Below are positions 38,324 through 49,773 of a stretch of 64,000 bases of DNA, one piece after another. Source of the DNA: Adineta vaga. Lineage: Eukaryota > Animalia > Rotifera. Location of the stretch: positions 6,014,001-6,078,000 of the forward strand of contig CP075492.1 of the NCBI GenBank assembly GCA_021613535.1, written 5' to 3'. How positions within the stretch are numbered: the stretch's first letter is position 1; each line of letters opens with the position of its first letter. A program made the position numbers and the translations under genes. The notes under the pieces are model-generated. The model had not been told where the DNA came from and ran no database searches. It worked only from the letters and a program-made list of their open reading frames with translations.

Positions 38324-41300
38324 TCAACTAGGCTCATTCGAATTCCAAGAAAAAGTATTCATTAAACGATCAAAAAAACCAACTGGTTTTGGAGGTTCCG
38401 CGGTAGCTGGGACTGTGGCTGCTGCTGCTGCTGTTGTTGTTGAAGATGGTGGATCAGGTGATTTCTTAACGTTAATTTTGGCTTCTGTATTTACGTTTGC
38501 TGATATTTTCTATAAAATTAAATGACAAAGTAGAATCTCTATATTCAAAAAGGTATTTAACAATAGCAAAGCACTTACCGACGAAAAGATGTGCGCTATA
38601 GATATAGAAATAATATAACCCATCACCATTTTATTATTGCTATTATAAAACTCTACTTACTTTAGTTTCATTTGATGCATTCTCCTTTTTTGTAGTCGTA
38701 TCATCGGAAATGATTTCTTTCAAATAATTTGATGGAACAAAACCTTTTTTACCATTTTCCAATTCACCAGAATAGAAACCATCATCTTGAAGATTTCCAT
38801 GAACATAGACAATATCACCCGAACGAAATGAAAGTTCATCACTATGATTAGTATTAGGAGAATTTTCTGCTGGATTATAATCGAATAGAGCAATTGTTTT
38901 TTTGATTAATTTAGGACTGGGTATTGTGGGAACAGATGGTGTTCGTTTTGTTGTTGGTACTAAAGAAAAAAGTGTAAAATAGAGAAAAGTATGAGAAAGA
39001 TCTGGATTTACTTGAAGATATATTGGAATCTGTTTCTGATTCATCAGATTCAAGTTCTGATACCATGTTACTTGGAACATAACCAGTACGACCATTATCT
39101 GTTTGGCCAATGAAAAATCCATCAGCATCTTGATCACCAAATATCTAAATTGAATACATGAGTATAAATGAATTGTGAATTTTTTTTATTATACTTTAAT
39201 TATTTGTCCTTTCTTAAATGGTAACTCTTCTTCACTATCTTGATTTGGTGACATAGCATTTGGATCATAATCAAATAAAGCAATAAATAAACGTGGTGGA
39301 CCAGTGATTTTATTAAGAAACTGAGTTTTTGATTGTATTGTTAGGTTTTTATTTGGAGTTTTTGGTGATAGACGATTTTCATCAGATTTATTTACATTTT
39401 CATTCATAGGTGATCGAATTCGAGTGACATCAGACGAAAGACGTTGTCGAACTGGAGAATGAAGATGTGTTGAGCTCGAGGGCTCGTAGGTTTTAATTCA
39501 CTTTGAGAAATATCTGTCGTACTACTAATAGATGATGTGACTGATGTTGATTCTAAAGATGGTCGAGTTAAGGATTTATTTGTATCTTTACCACTTAATG
39601 TCGGTTTAAGTGGTGTAGGTGGAATAGTTGGTGTTGTTGCTTCGTGTGGTAATGTTGATACTGGACGAGAATTCTAAAGAAAAAAAAAGAATAATTGAAT
39701 GGTAAGAATGAACAGAAATATTTGAAGGAGATATTGAAATAGAACAGACAAAGAGACAACAATAAGAAACCTTTCGATGATTTTTGATCGTAGGAGAAAG
39801 AGATGGTTTAGATATGTTATCATTGTTTATTTTTTCAAATGCTACGACTATTTCTTTTGAAATATTTGCTATTCGTGTTGATGATATATCCATGTCCAAC
39901 TAAGAGAAAACATCAGATGATAGCAAGTAGAAAGAAAAAAAAAGTTGAATGAGTTCAATTTCGTTGAGAATTTTACCTTCTTCAATACATCATCAAGATC
40001 GATCGAAGTGGAATCATGTGATTCACCACCATTGTCCGTTAATGTTCGAATGGTTAAATATCGACCATCACGTAAAGTATTCAAATTAATCACTGTATGA
40101 TCATCTAAAAGAACGATTGAGTAAAGTGAAAATCGATAGATACTATAAGTGTTGTACAAACATACTTAATGGATTGTTTATATCTTGAACTTGACGACCA
40201 TCAATAAGTACTCGATAACCACGAGCTGTAGTAGTCGATGAGGATTGATCCCATGAAACTAGTATTGTATTTGTTTGTGGACCAGCAATAACTTGTACTC
40301 GTTTAGGTGGTTCGATAGATTCGTCTATAAGACAAATTGAATTCTTGAATAAAATCACAAATATACAAGAAAAATGTTCTATATATTCTAATCAATATCC
40401 AAGCATTTGAATCATCTTTTTCTAATATAAAAGAAATCAGCTAAATTTCAAACTTACTTCTCCTTGTTTTAGATGTACCTGAAGAAAATTTGTTATATAT
40501 CAGATTCTTATTACTTTTCAAAATTATTTTGTTCTATTTCTCTCTATTTACGAACATTAAAATCTTTTCATATTTACCAAATGAAGTTGTTCGAAATTCT
40601 ACGGATGCTGATACTTGTTGTTGTACACTTGTTGGTGCTAAAGGTTTCGATTTTATTGTTACTTTATGTAATGTATTCGGTGATAATCCAGATAATTTAA
40701 ATCGATAAATCCCTGGCTTCAATGTTTGTACTTCAGTATCATTAACAAATAATTTATGACCAATATCGTTTGATACTGGCCACCATGAAACAACGGCTGA
40801 TGTTTGAGTAATTCGATCAACACGTAGATCATGTGGAATGTATGCTGATTCTTTTGAATTCGTTAGTAACAAAGTACACTCTTGATCATGTGAAAGACCA
40901 CGTTGAGTAATTGTTCGAATACTAATTCGATGGACTTTTTCACTCAAATTGATATTTTCAAGTAGAGCACGTGTACGTTCATTGGCGCGAATGGTTGAAT
41001 AAAGAGAATGATCAAGTAAAACTTGATAACCAAGAATTTGAGTATTAGATATTGGAGGATTCCAAGCAATTAATACACTATTTGTCAAAGATTTTTCAAT
41101 ACGTAGATTTGTAGGACATGGAACTAGACATCAAAGAACAATGAATCAAATAGAAGATAATCGAGAGAATCTATTTACCATGTTTTCCATACGAAAGATC
41201 ATCGTTTGATACATCAGATGAACTGCTATTTACTAAAATACAAACGAAAACAAAACAGATGAATAGTCGTTGTTATTAGGTAAGATTTATTTTTACTTGT

Positions 41301-44300
41301 TTTACGAACGATTGGATTTATTGGAGGTGTATTGTTAGTAAAAACATCTGAATCAAGACTAAACGTGTTTGTTCACGTTGTCGTAATTCTCGATCTTCCA
41401 TGGGAAATGTTTTGCCTGTTAATTTTTGAATAGTATATTTCGTATGTTCAGGTAAATCGTATGGATTAGTAATCAATTCAATAAAATTAGATGGGACTAA
41501 TCCATATCGACCTTCTAAATTTCTACCATCATAAAATCCATCCTAAACAAAACAAAAATTATTCGAATGAATTATGATTCGTTGAGATTTCGAGTTTTAC
41601 TTCATCGATATCACCATAGATAATATAATATTCTCCTGATTTTAATGGTAGTTCAATTTCTGGATGATCATTTGGAGAGAATTTTAATGGTTCATAAGAA
41701 TATTTTGCTACGACTATTTGTGCTGATTTATCATTGGAAAGAGTCGATCGACGACGAGATTTAATTGGTGCACTGTCATCTCGAATAGATGTTTGTGATT
41801 CAATCATTTTCGATGTAGAATTTATATCATTATTATGAATAGGAAGAATATTTGTCATTGCCGTTGGTAAGACTCGATCACGTCGATGTTTAATTGTTTC
41901 AAATTGACGAAGAATATCTTCATGTTTCAAGGATTGTAGTTCAGTTTTTCGTTCAAGATCATGAATCTTATCCTTGAAAGGAAAAAAAAGATAATGTTCA
42001 ATAAATTATATTAGAGAAATGACACGCACAAGATCTTATTTAATTATCGCATTAAGTTCATCATGTGTTAACAACACTAAGCTACACCAAAGCTTTCCAG
42101 GGAATATCACAAGTAAAACAATCAAACTGAACGTGAAATTAGCATGAATCGGAAATAATCCTTTCTATTTCGTTCTCAGGTTATATTTTAAGATCTTATT
42201 TACTGATATTCATAAAATGAGATTAAACGGAAGTATTTCCGTTCGTTGAAAGTAAGACATTGGTGATGCTTGACTTCAGTGTTACTACTAAAGTTGAAAT
42301 AACGCATTCCTATTCATTTGATATGATGAAGTATGTTCTATGAATAATTAGTAGGATTTCGGAATAATCTAACTTCAAACTATTTCTTCGTAGAAGTAAC
42401 AAATACCTGAAGTGACTGGGTGGTTGTTTGATGTTCTCGTTTTGTTGCATCATGCATCTATTTAAAGTAACAAGAGAAAAATTCTCATTAAAATAATTCT
42501 ATTTTTAAACAAACCTTTTGAAATTGTTCAAAATCATCTTGTTTTTTCTTTAATTCTTTTTTATTAATTTCATTCTCATCACTCAATCGTCTTTGTAAAT
42601 CATTGGTATCTCGTAATGACTTCATCATTGATTCCAATTCAGAATTTTTCTTTTTAATTTGTTCGTATTCACGTTGTTTCGCATCGAATTCATCCGTTTT
42701 AGTTTGTAATGCTGCTCGTAATTTCTCACATTCATCCATTAACTATTACAAAGAATAAATAATCTCTCATATCTATGCCATAGTATTTGCTTACTAACCT
42801 GTTCATTCTTATTTATTGCATTGGCAAGATCAGCACGAACTTGAGTGTTTGCTATGGAGATAGTTTCACGGTCTTTGATCTACAAAATAATTAATTCGGT
42901 TGATTTGCAATCTTTCTTCAGATTGTCACTAATATAATCGTATTCATTAAAAGCAGGACTTACGCTAAGTTGAAGTTCAGTTTGTAATCGTTCATTTTCT
43001 TGTAAATAATTTTCAGACGATGATTTCTCTTTTTTATAACGTTCTTCATTAGCGATCAATTGATTATATTTCATTTCGAGATGTTTATAAGCTTCTTGAA
43101 GTTCAGTTATTGGTTGACGCTAGAAGAAAAAGATAATCTTTTTTTCAATTACTGAAAGACAAAGATGTCAAAATTTATTCCATCACAATAATGAATAGTT
43201 AAAAATACGAGAAAAGAACCTGAAGTTTAAAGTTAGTTGCATTGGAATGTGCATCTGTTTCAAACACTTCATTAACTGTACGTGATGGTTGATATTGAGT
43301 TGGATTAACGGAAGATGTTGATGTTGAACTCGTTCGCGGAAAAGATCCATGATGATCATCCGTCGTACTTGGTGTTGAGGTAGTTGTAGGCTAGGATGAA
43401 ATGATTGGGAAGGTATGATGATGGGAACAAGAAGAATAAATGAAAACCTGTGATAATGTTTGCTGTAAATATCGTTTCGATGATCGAACATCACGGATAA
43501 AACCGGTGAAACGAGGAGAACATGGATTTGTCATACTTATTTCTTATTTTATCTTAGTTTCACACTTACATTTATATATATATGCGTTAATAACTAATGC
43601 GATTATCTGTGGAAAAAAAGGATTCTTCTAGTATTAGTAAGTTTTTTTTTCTCTCTGCCAGAATCCGACCGATGAAAATAGGAGCAAAGAGAGAGAGATA
43701 GAAATAAAAAACTTTTTTCTCCTTTTTCTTTTTCTCTTCGAATGTCATACACCTGAAAATAGTGTCTATTTAGAATCATCGTGATAGATTGGTCTATGGT
43801 TGTGTAACTTACGCTAGCATTCGTTGTTGTCGTAGAATTCAAAGAAGAACTGGAAGATAAAAGACGTTTTTCAAGATGTATTTTTTCAATATTTGATTGT
43901 CGTAATGCTGATTCCAGAGAATTTGACTGAAAGAAAAAACAAAGGTCATTTGAGATCGAAATTTATATTGAAAACGAAGAATTACTTTCGAAAATTGTTT
44001 AAGACGTGCATTTAAATGTTGAATTTCTTCATCTTTTTTCGCTAAAATTCGGTTATATTCATTGGCTTGTTTTGATAAAGCTCGTTTAACCAATTCTTTA
44101 CTATGATCTCTCTATAATAAAAGCAAAATAAATAGATCTATATGAAATTTTTTTTCTACCGGTTGATCATGTCTAATGACTTCTAATTGTTTTTCAAATT
44201 TCTTTACTCGATCATTTAATTCAAAATTTTGTCTTTGTAATGCTCGTTCTTGTTCATCGTACAATCGACGATTCTAATAATTGTTTACAAAAAAGAAAGA

Positions 44301-44424
44301 AAAGATAATGAATATTAAACATCAAATAGAATAAATTCAATTCAAAAAAATCTCCTACAGTATTCGTTTGTTCATTATCCCACAATTCGTCGATGATCGT
44401 CACTTGACGCTTAGTCATTCTCAT
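38324..44424 (-). CDS. RIMBP2: RIMS-binding protein (coiled coil-SH3-FN3x3-SH3-SH3)
   Basis: VAKYSYEPLKFSPNDHPEIELPL, FN3 repeats (VLIAWNPP, SAVVSWWP, VQVIAGPQ), RLFIALFDYDPNAMSPN, IALFDYNPAENSPN...GFVPSNYL. Confidence 0.92.
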
Positions 44425-44799
44425 TGAGCAATAAGCAAGAAAAAAAGTCAAACGAAGAAATCAATAAGAGAAAGAAAACGACAACCAGCTGGTGCCATGT
44501 CTCAATAGAGAGTTAAATTACAATCATTACTCTTTCGTAGTACGATCTATTGTAAGTAGAGTAGAATATGGCCTCCGTTTTCTTTCTGTTTTTTTTGGTT
44601 TAGATTAATTTTCATTTTTTATTTCGACACATCTTTTTCAACTAGGGAAAGAGAAAGAAGAAAAATAGATAGTCGGAAATTACCCTATAAGAAAGTGGGA
44701 GACATATAGATGAGGATGTGGCGTCGGAAAAAACAGTACATGACAAAAAAAAAATGAAAACGAGAAGCAAAAAAAAGAGGCTGTTGGTAAGTGAGGAGT

Positions 44800-45132
44800 T
44801 TATTTTGTAGCATCTTTTAAATACGCAATTAAATCTTTTCGTTCTTCTTCTTTCTTCAAACCGGCGAAGATCATTTTGGTACCGGGAATGTATTTCTTAG
44901 GATCTTTTAAATAAACCCATAGAGTATCTTCACCCCAAGTAATTCCTTTGCTTTTGTTAGCATCACTGTAGGCGAAGCCTGGTACTTGACCAGTTTGACG
45001 ACCAAATAAACCATTAAGATTAGGTCCTTGTTTGTTACCGGCACCTTTTTCGACAACATGGCATTGAGCACATTTTGTTTTGAAGATTTTGGCACCTTTC
45101 TCTACATCACCACCTTCCCATTCATTACCCAT
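44800..45132 (-). CDS. CYCS: Cytochrome c
   Basis: [15 protein letters not shown] heme motif, [24 protein letters not shown]. Confidence 0.99.
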   Translation of the reverse strand: MGNEWEGGDVEKGAKIFKTKCAQCHVVEKGAGNKQGPNLNGLFGRQTGQVPGFAYSDANKSKGITWGEDTLWVYLKDPKKYIPGTKMIFAGLKKEEERKDLIAYLKDATK

Positions 45133-45289
45133 TTTAAGTTTTGTTTTGCTTGAAAATTTAATGAATTCACTGGAAAGTTAACCTGTATATGTACTTATAG
45201 ATATTCGATTCGAGAATGGATGGAGGAGAAGAAACGCAACGTAAAAAAACGATGATGATGAAATATAGAGGTTGGTAAACAAATAACAA

Positions 45290-45410
45290 GTTATGGCGTC
45301 GAATCGAGAACAGTCTATGCGGTGAATCAGTTATGATTTACTAGCGAAGGAGGACAACACGAGGCAACTAGTATAGACAATGGCGGAGAACGAGCAGAAC
45401 GCGCGCGCAA
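45290..45410 (-). promoter_or_regulatory. GC-enriched putative cytochrome c promoter with YY1-like and GCGC-repeat motifs
   Basis: CCGCCAT at 45380-45386 (minus strand), ACGCCAT near 45293-45299 and TGCGCGCGCGT at 45399-45409, in an otherwise AT-rich context. Confidence 0.35.
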
Positions 45411-45444
45411 GAAAAAGAAAACAAAACATAAATAATTTATTCAT

Positions 45445-46135
45445 TCAACTTACCGTTGAAATCACCAAATCAGGATCATTATATCGTAGAATTTGTATTG
45501 GTTCAGTTTTTTTATTTTCATTATTATTCAATGTGCAAGTTTTTAACTGTTCAATATCATAAGACAATTCAGCAATACGTTGATCTCGTCCAAGTAATTG
45601 TCTTTGTAAATAACAGACTAAATCTTTTTGATCATGTTTACAAAATGTACTCAATTCATATTCGAATTGAAGACGAAGTTTCGTAATTTTTGCTGATTTA
45701 TCTAGATCAGATTTACATTTCACCTAGTAGAACAAAATGTTATTTTACTAATATCATAAATGAAAGAAAAACAAAATTTGTTTTCGAATCAATCAAACGA
45801 TGACGAAGCAAAAATAAAAACACACTTGATGAAACAAAGAAATTTACTTTGTAAAGTGTTGCTAACTGACTTTTTGCTTGCTTTGTTGTTGCTAATTCAC
45901 GTTTAAGTTTATCGACAAGAACTATCAGTGTAGTTGTTGATTCATCTGATGGTAGATGATCAAGATCATCATTTGTACCAGTTGTACTTCTATATGAAGA
46001 ACTAATCGAAGATGGATCAGTTTCACATACAGATCCTGATGATGATGTTATCGATGGTGTATATAAATGAATTGGTTGGGAATGTGTTGGATGTGTATTA
46101 TACACAGTTTTCGTTAGATTTGTTGTTTTTATCAT
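45445..46135 (-). CDS. Uncharacterized coiled-coil protein (2+ exons)
   Basis: Exons 46135-45848 and 45723-45445 join in frame (LYK|VKCK). Heptad-rich C-terminal half. Confidence 0.65.
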
Positions 46136-47186
46136 TGGATTAGAAATGATAAGAAGAAGAAAAAACGATTATCGTTTCATGTCATAACTAGAAATTGGAC
46201 AGAAAGAAAAATGAATATGTAATGTGTTAATAAATTCGATCATAGAAAATTTCTTCTGTAGACTTAGTAAAAAAAATCAAAAAGAAAGAACGACATAGAA
46301 AGGTGACAAGCGAAAAAAAGCCCGATCAGAATGGATGTCAATAAGAGGAAAGAAGTATACATCTACATATATTTGTATAAGAGAAATAGATTCACTTCTT
46401 ACATCTGTTCTTTAAAATGGACAATAATGTTAATAATCAATATAATTCTTTCGACTGACTGTCGTTGCTGGTAAGATTAATCAAGAAGAAGAAGAAGAAG
46501 AGAAAAAAGAGAATAATTTTTTATCGACAAGTAAAATTTACAATGACTAAAAGACAAACAAATAGAAAGAATGATTTACATCGATAGGGTTTCGAACAAT
46601 TTTGATGAACAAAACGAAGACTTATTACTTTAATAATTTCATTTTTCGAGAGAGAAAAATTTCTTAAAGAAAACAATCAAAGTTCATAGTGCCTTGAAAA
46701 GTTTTACTTTTCTACTCAATCAGATTATCTAATCGTTTATCAACTTTAACGAATAGTAGAATCAAAAAAAAAGAAGAAGGTCATATACACATCGAATTTT
46801 AAGTATCACTCTAGCAAAGTGTTATGACATACTTCAATCTTACATCATCGTCATTTCTCTACAGGTCTTCTATACCATTCGATATTTAGGTTAGGTTAAT
46901 TGTCTCATCTCATATTTTTGTGTTCAGAATAGTGAGACATGAGAATAATTTGTTCAAAATTGAACGAATTAAAAAAAACCGTTCGACAAAAAGTTTGCTT
47001 TAAAAAATCTTCATATTTTATTTCTTCAAATACGATAAAGAATAAAATGAATAATTGATATTTATTTTTATCAAAATATACATTAGCGCTACTATCGATT
47101 GCTTTACAAGGATTGGGTAGCATTTGTTCTATATTAAATGTACATTCGTATGTTTTGCATGAAGAAAGATAGACAAAACAACACAC

Positions 47187-47823
47187 ATGGCAAAAGTCAT
47201 TCAAGCAATCAAACAGTTATTTACTAAGAAATCTTCTGAACAGTTTGTAAAACTTGTCGGAACTGATCGATTCAATAATAAGTTTTATGAACGTCTTCCT
47301 GGTAGAATTAAATATGATCTATATTCAAAAGTTTCTTTTTCTCTTTTTGAAAAGGTAATCGATATTATACTTCAACTCGTCGATATTATGAACCTGCAGA
47401 TTATTCAGATGTTCGATTACATATCGATCCAGCTTGGGAAGGTTTGTATGAAGGAATTCAATCAAAGAAAAACAAAACAAATTGATTATTCATTCAGCTT
47501 GGATAAGAGGTACTCGAAAAACACCACCAACATTAGAAGAAACCATTTCTCATGAACAACGACGACAAGAGTTAACACAAAAAGTAGATCAAAAACTTTA
47601 TTTATTTGAAACAAATACGAATCTACTCCATATTTCTAGCCGGTGAATATGTTACCAACAAGTTATGGACAAGCTTCTGCACAAGGTGGAACAAGTAAGT
47701 ATAGAAATTGCTGATTAATTAATAATCATTTTCTTTACAGGTTCGTATCCAATTCGAGATAATTATGAAATAAATCCAGGTACTAAATCTCGACAGAAAC
47801 AAAATCCTGATGAAACATTTTAA
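47187..47823 (+). CDS. NDUFAF2: Complex I assembly factor NDUFAF2 (mimitin; NDUFA12 family), 5 exons
   Basis: LVGTDRFNNKFYE...RRYYEP...IDPAWE|AWIRGTRKTPPTLEE...SYPIRDNYEINPG. Stop at 47821-47823. Confidence 0.85.
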
Positions 47824-47887
47824 TAATCATTTTTTTTTGAACTTTCTTCTTTCTTTTGGAATCTATACCTTCTAAATTTAGTTCTAG

Positions 47888-48310
47888 ATGAATGACGGAA
47901 TAAATAAACATGAAGATGGATCTTCATCCAATAATTTATCACGTACAACAATACGTGAAGCAAATAATCATTTACAAATGTTACATAAACGTAATCAAGA
48001 TTTAGAAGAATTAGTTGTTCAACAAAAAGATGATCTACAACGAAAAGATTTTGAATATCGAAATCTTTTTCAAGCAAATCAATTATTAGAAAAACATTGT
48101 CAACAATTACAATTCATACTTGAAGATCGAACACGACGATTACAAATGTATGAGAAAAAAGAAGTTCTGTTTCGAGAAACACTTGAATTAAAGCCAGCAA
48201 TTGAGTCTTTATTAGACGTTTTAAATACATTCGAAAAAGAGGATTCGAATCAACGATTGCATTTTCAAAGGAAACATACCGAAAATGAACAAAGAACTGA
48301 TGCAGTTTAA
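47888..48310 (+). CDS. VMAC-like (vimentin-type IF-associated coiled-coil) protein
   Basis: IREANNHLQMLHKRNQDLE and KPAIESLLDVL resemble the VMAC motifs IREANAHLAAVHRRAAELE and RPPLAGLLDAL (recalled). Confidence 0.7.
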   Translation: MNDGINKHEDGSSSNNLSRTTIREANNHLQMLHKRNQDLEELVVQQKDDLQRKDFEYRNLFQANQLLEKHCQQLQFILEDRTRRLQMYEKKEVLFRETLELKPAIESLLDVLNTFEKEDSNQRLHFQRKHTENEQRTDAV

Positions 48311-48546
48311 AAGCTATTTATGCAAAGTTTATTTATTTCCATTGATGCTGTCAGATTTTATCTTTAAACTTTCCTTTTTTTTATTATGTATAATAATAAA
48401 TAATAATTATTGTCTCTTTACACATTCAAACATGTATTCGTTCAGTAATGAGAACATCATAGATGTCCACCGGATTCTCATGTGTAAATATAAACATTTC
48501 ATTTTGATAAATTATATTAAAAAAAAAGCAATTTGTATGAAAAATA

Positions 48547-49455
48547 TTAAGATTGTAATGAAGGAACATCGTCGATGGCCTTATTCTCGTCAATAACACA
48601 TTGTTTAAGTGCATTTTCTATTGTTTGAGACTCAGATACTTGTGAGGTTTCTTTATTGTCTTTTTTTTTTCGTTTTTCTTTCTCAAGTCGAAGTAAATGA
48701 CGACAAAATCCATCATTTGGCCAAATTCGACGTCGAGTAGCTACCATTTGAAATGCATCAAGCAAAGACATATTTTCATAAGTATGAAGTAAATATGCGA
48801 CAATTAATGTAGCTGATCGACTTATGCCCTAAAAAAACAAAAAGACTTATATAAATAAACTTTCGATTTTCTCATCATTGAAATTTTTACTTGTTGACAA
48901 TGAACATAAACACGATCTAGAAAAGAAAGACAAAAGATCTTTTTTTTATATAGAAAATTTCGTACTGTTTTTATCGTTCAATGCAGTTTCTAAAAATTGT
49001 ATAGCTTCGTCGAAATGCATACCAATTTGATATGATGGAGTGTCAATAATTGAAAAACCTAGATAATCAATTCCTACGTCTTCATAATATGTTGCACTTG
49101 TATTGATCTGTCCAAATTTTCGTCCTTCAGCAGCATTTAAAACATGTGTAAAACCTAATTTTTTCAATTTAACTGGATCCATTGCTAATTTACTGAATAA
49201 ATATATAGACACAGTTATTATAAGATCCTTCCGCATACTCTTACCAATCACCGAGAAACAATCGTGGTACAATTTCATGATAACCACCTTGACACAATCA
49301 GCATCTTCAAGTTTTTCCTCATGAACATTCGGAGAAAAAAATCGTCGAAATAATTCCATAATTGTTTTACTTCTCGCTGGTTCAGCTCTTGTATGAATTA
49401 ATATTTGACGAATTTTACTAATACAGGTTTTTTCATCATCATCATCATCATCCAT
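48547..49455 (-). CDS. Atypical dual-specificity phosphatase (DUSP3/DUPD1/DUSP26 group), 5 exons
   Basis: Exons 49455-49371, 49287-49245 (GYHEIVPRLFLGD), 49192-48966 (FTHVLNAAEG), 48916-48891 (VYVHCQQ) and 48828-48547 (GISRSAT...IWPNDGF). Confidence 0.92.
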
Positions 49456-49773
49456 CTTAAAAGTATATATATACAGATAGATAGATATGAATGATTATAT
49501 TCTTTATCATTGAAACTTTATATACAAAAGACGAAGAAATGCGTGCGTATGTATATAGGAGGTCAGAAGAAAGATAAAATTCAAAGAAGAAATACATAAA
49601 ACACTGTTCACACATTTCGTTAGTTACGGAAAATGTTTCAAAGAAGAAAACAACAAAGAAACAAAACAAATCGAGTTGACATTGAATCATATTGCCTTCA
49701 CGTACATCACATAGAAAACTCTTCGAGTCAAATTATAACAATTAAGGATGTGAGATCGAATAGAGAAAGACTT

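Noticed and set aside
45132-45455. Possible spliced fusion of the coiled-coil gene to cytochrome c
   Set aside because: The acceptor at about 45183 lies 50 nt from the ATG, out of frame with the phase-0 donor, and there is an in-frame stop upstream of the cytochrome c ATG
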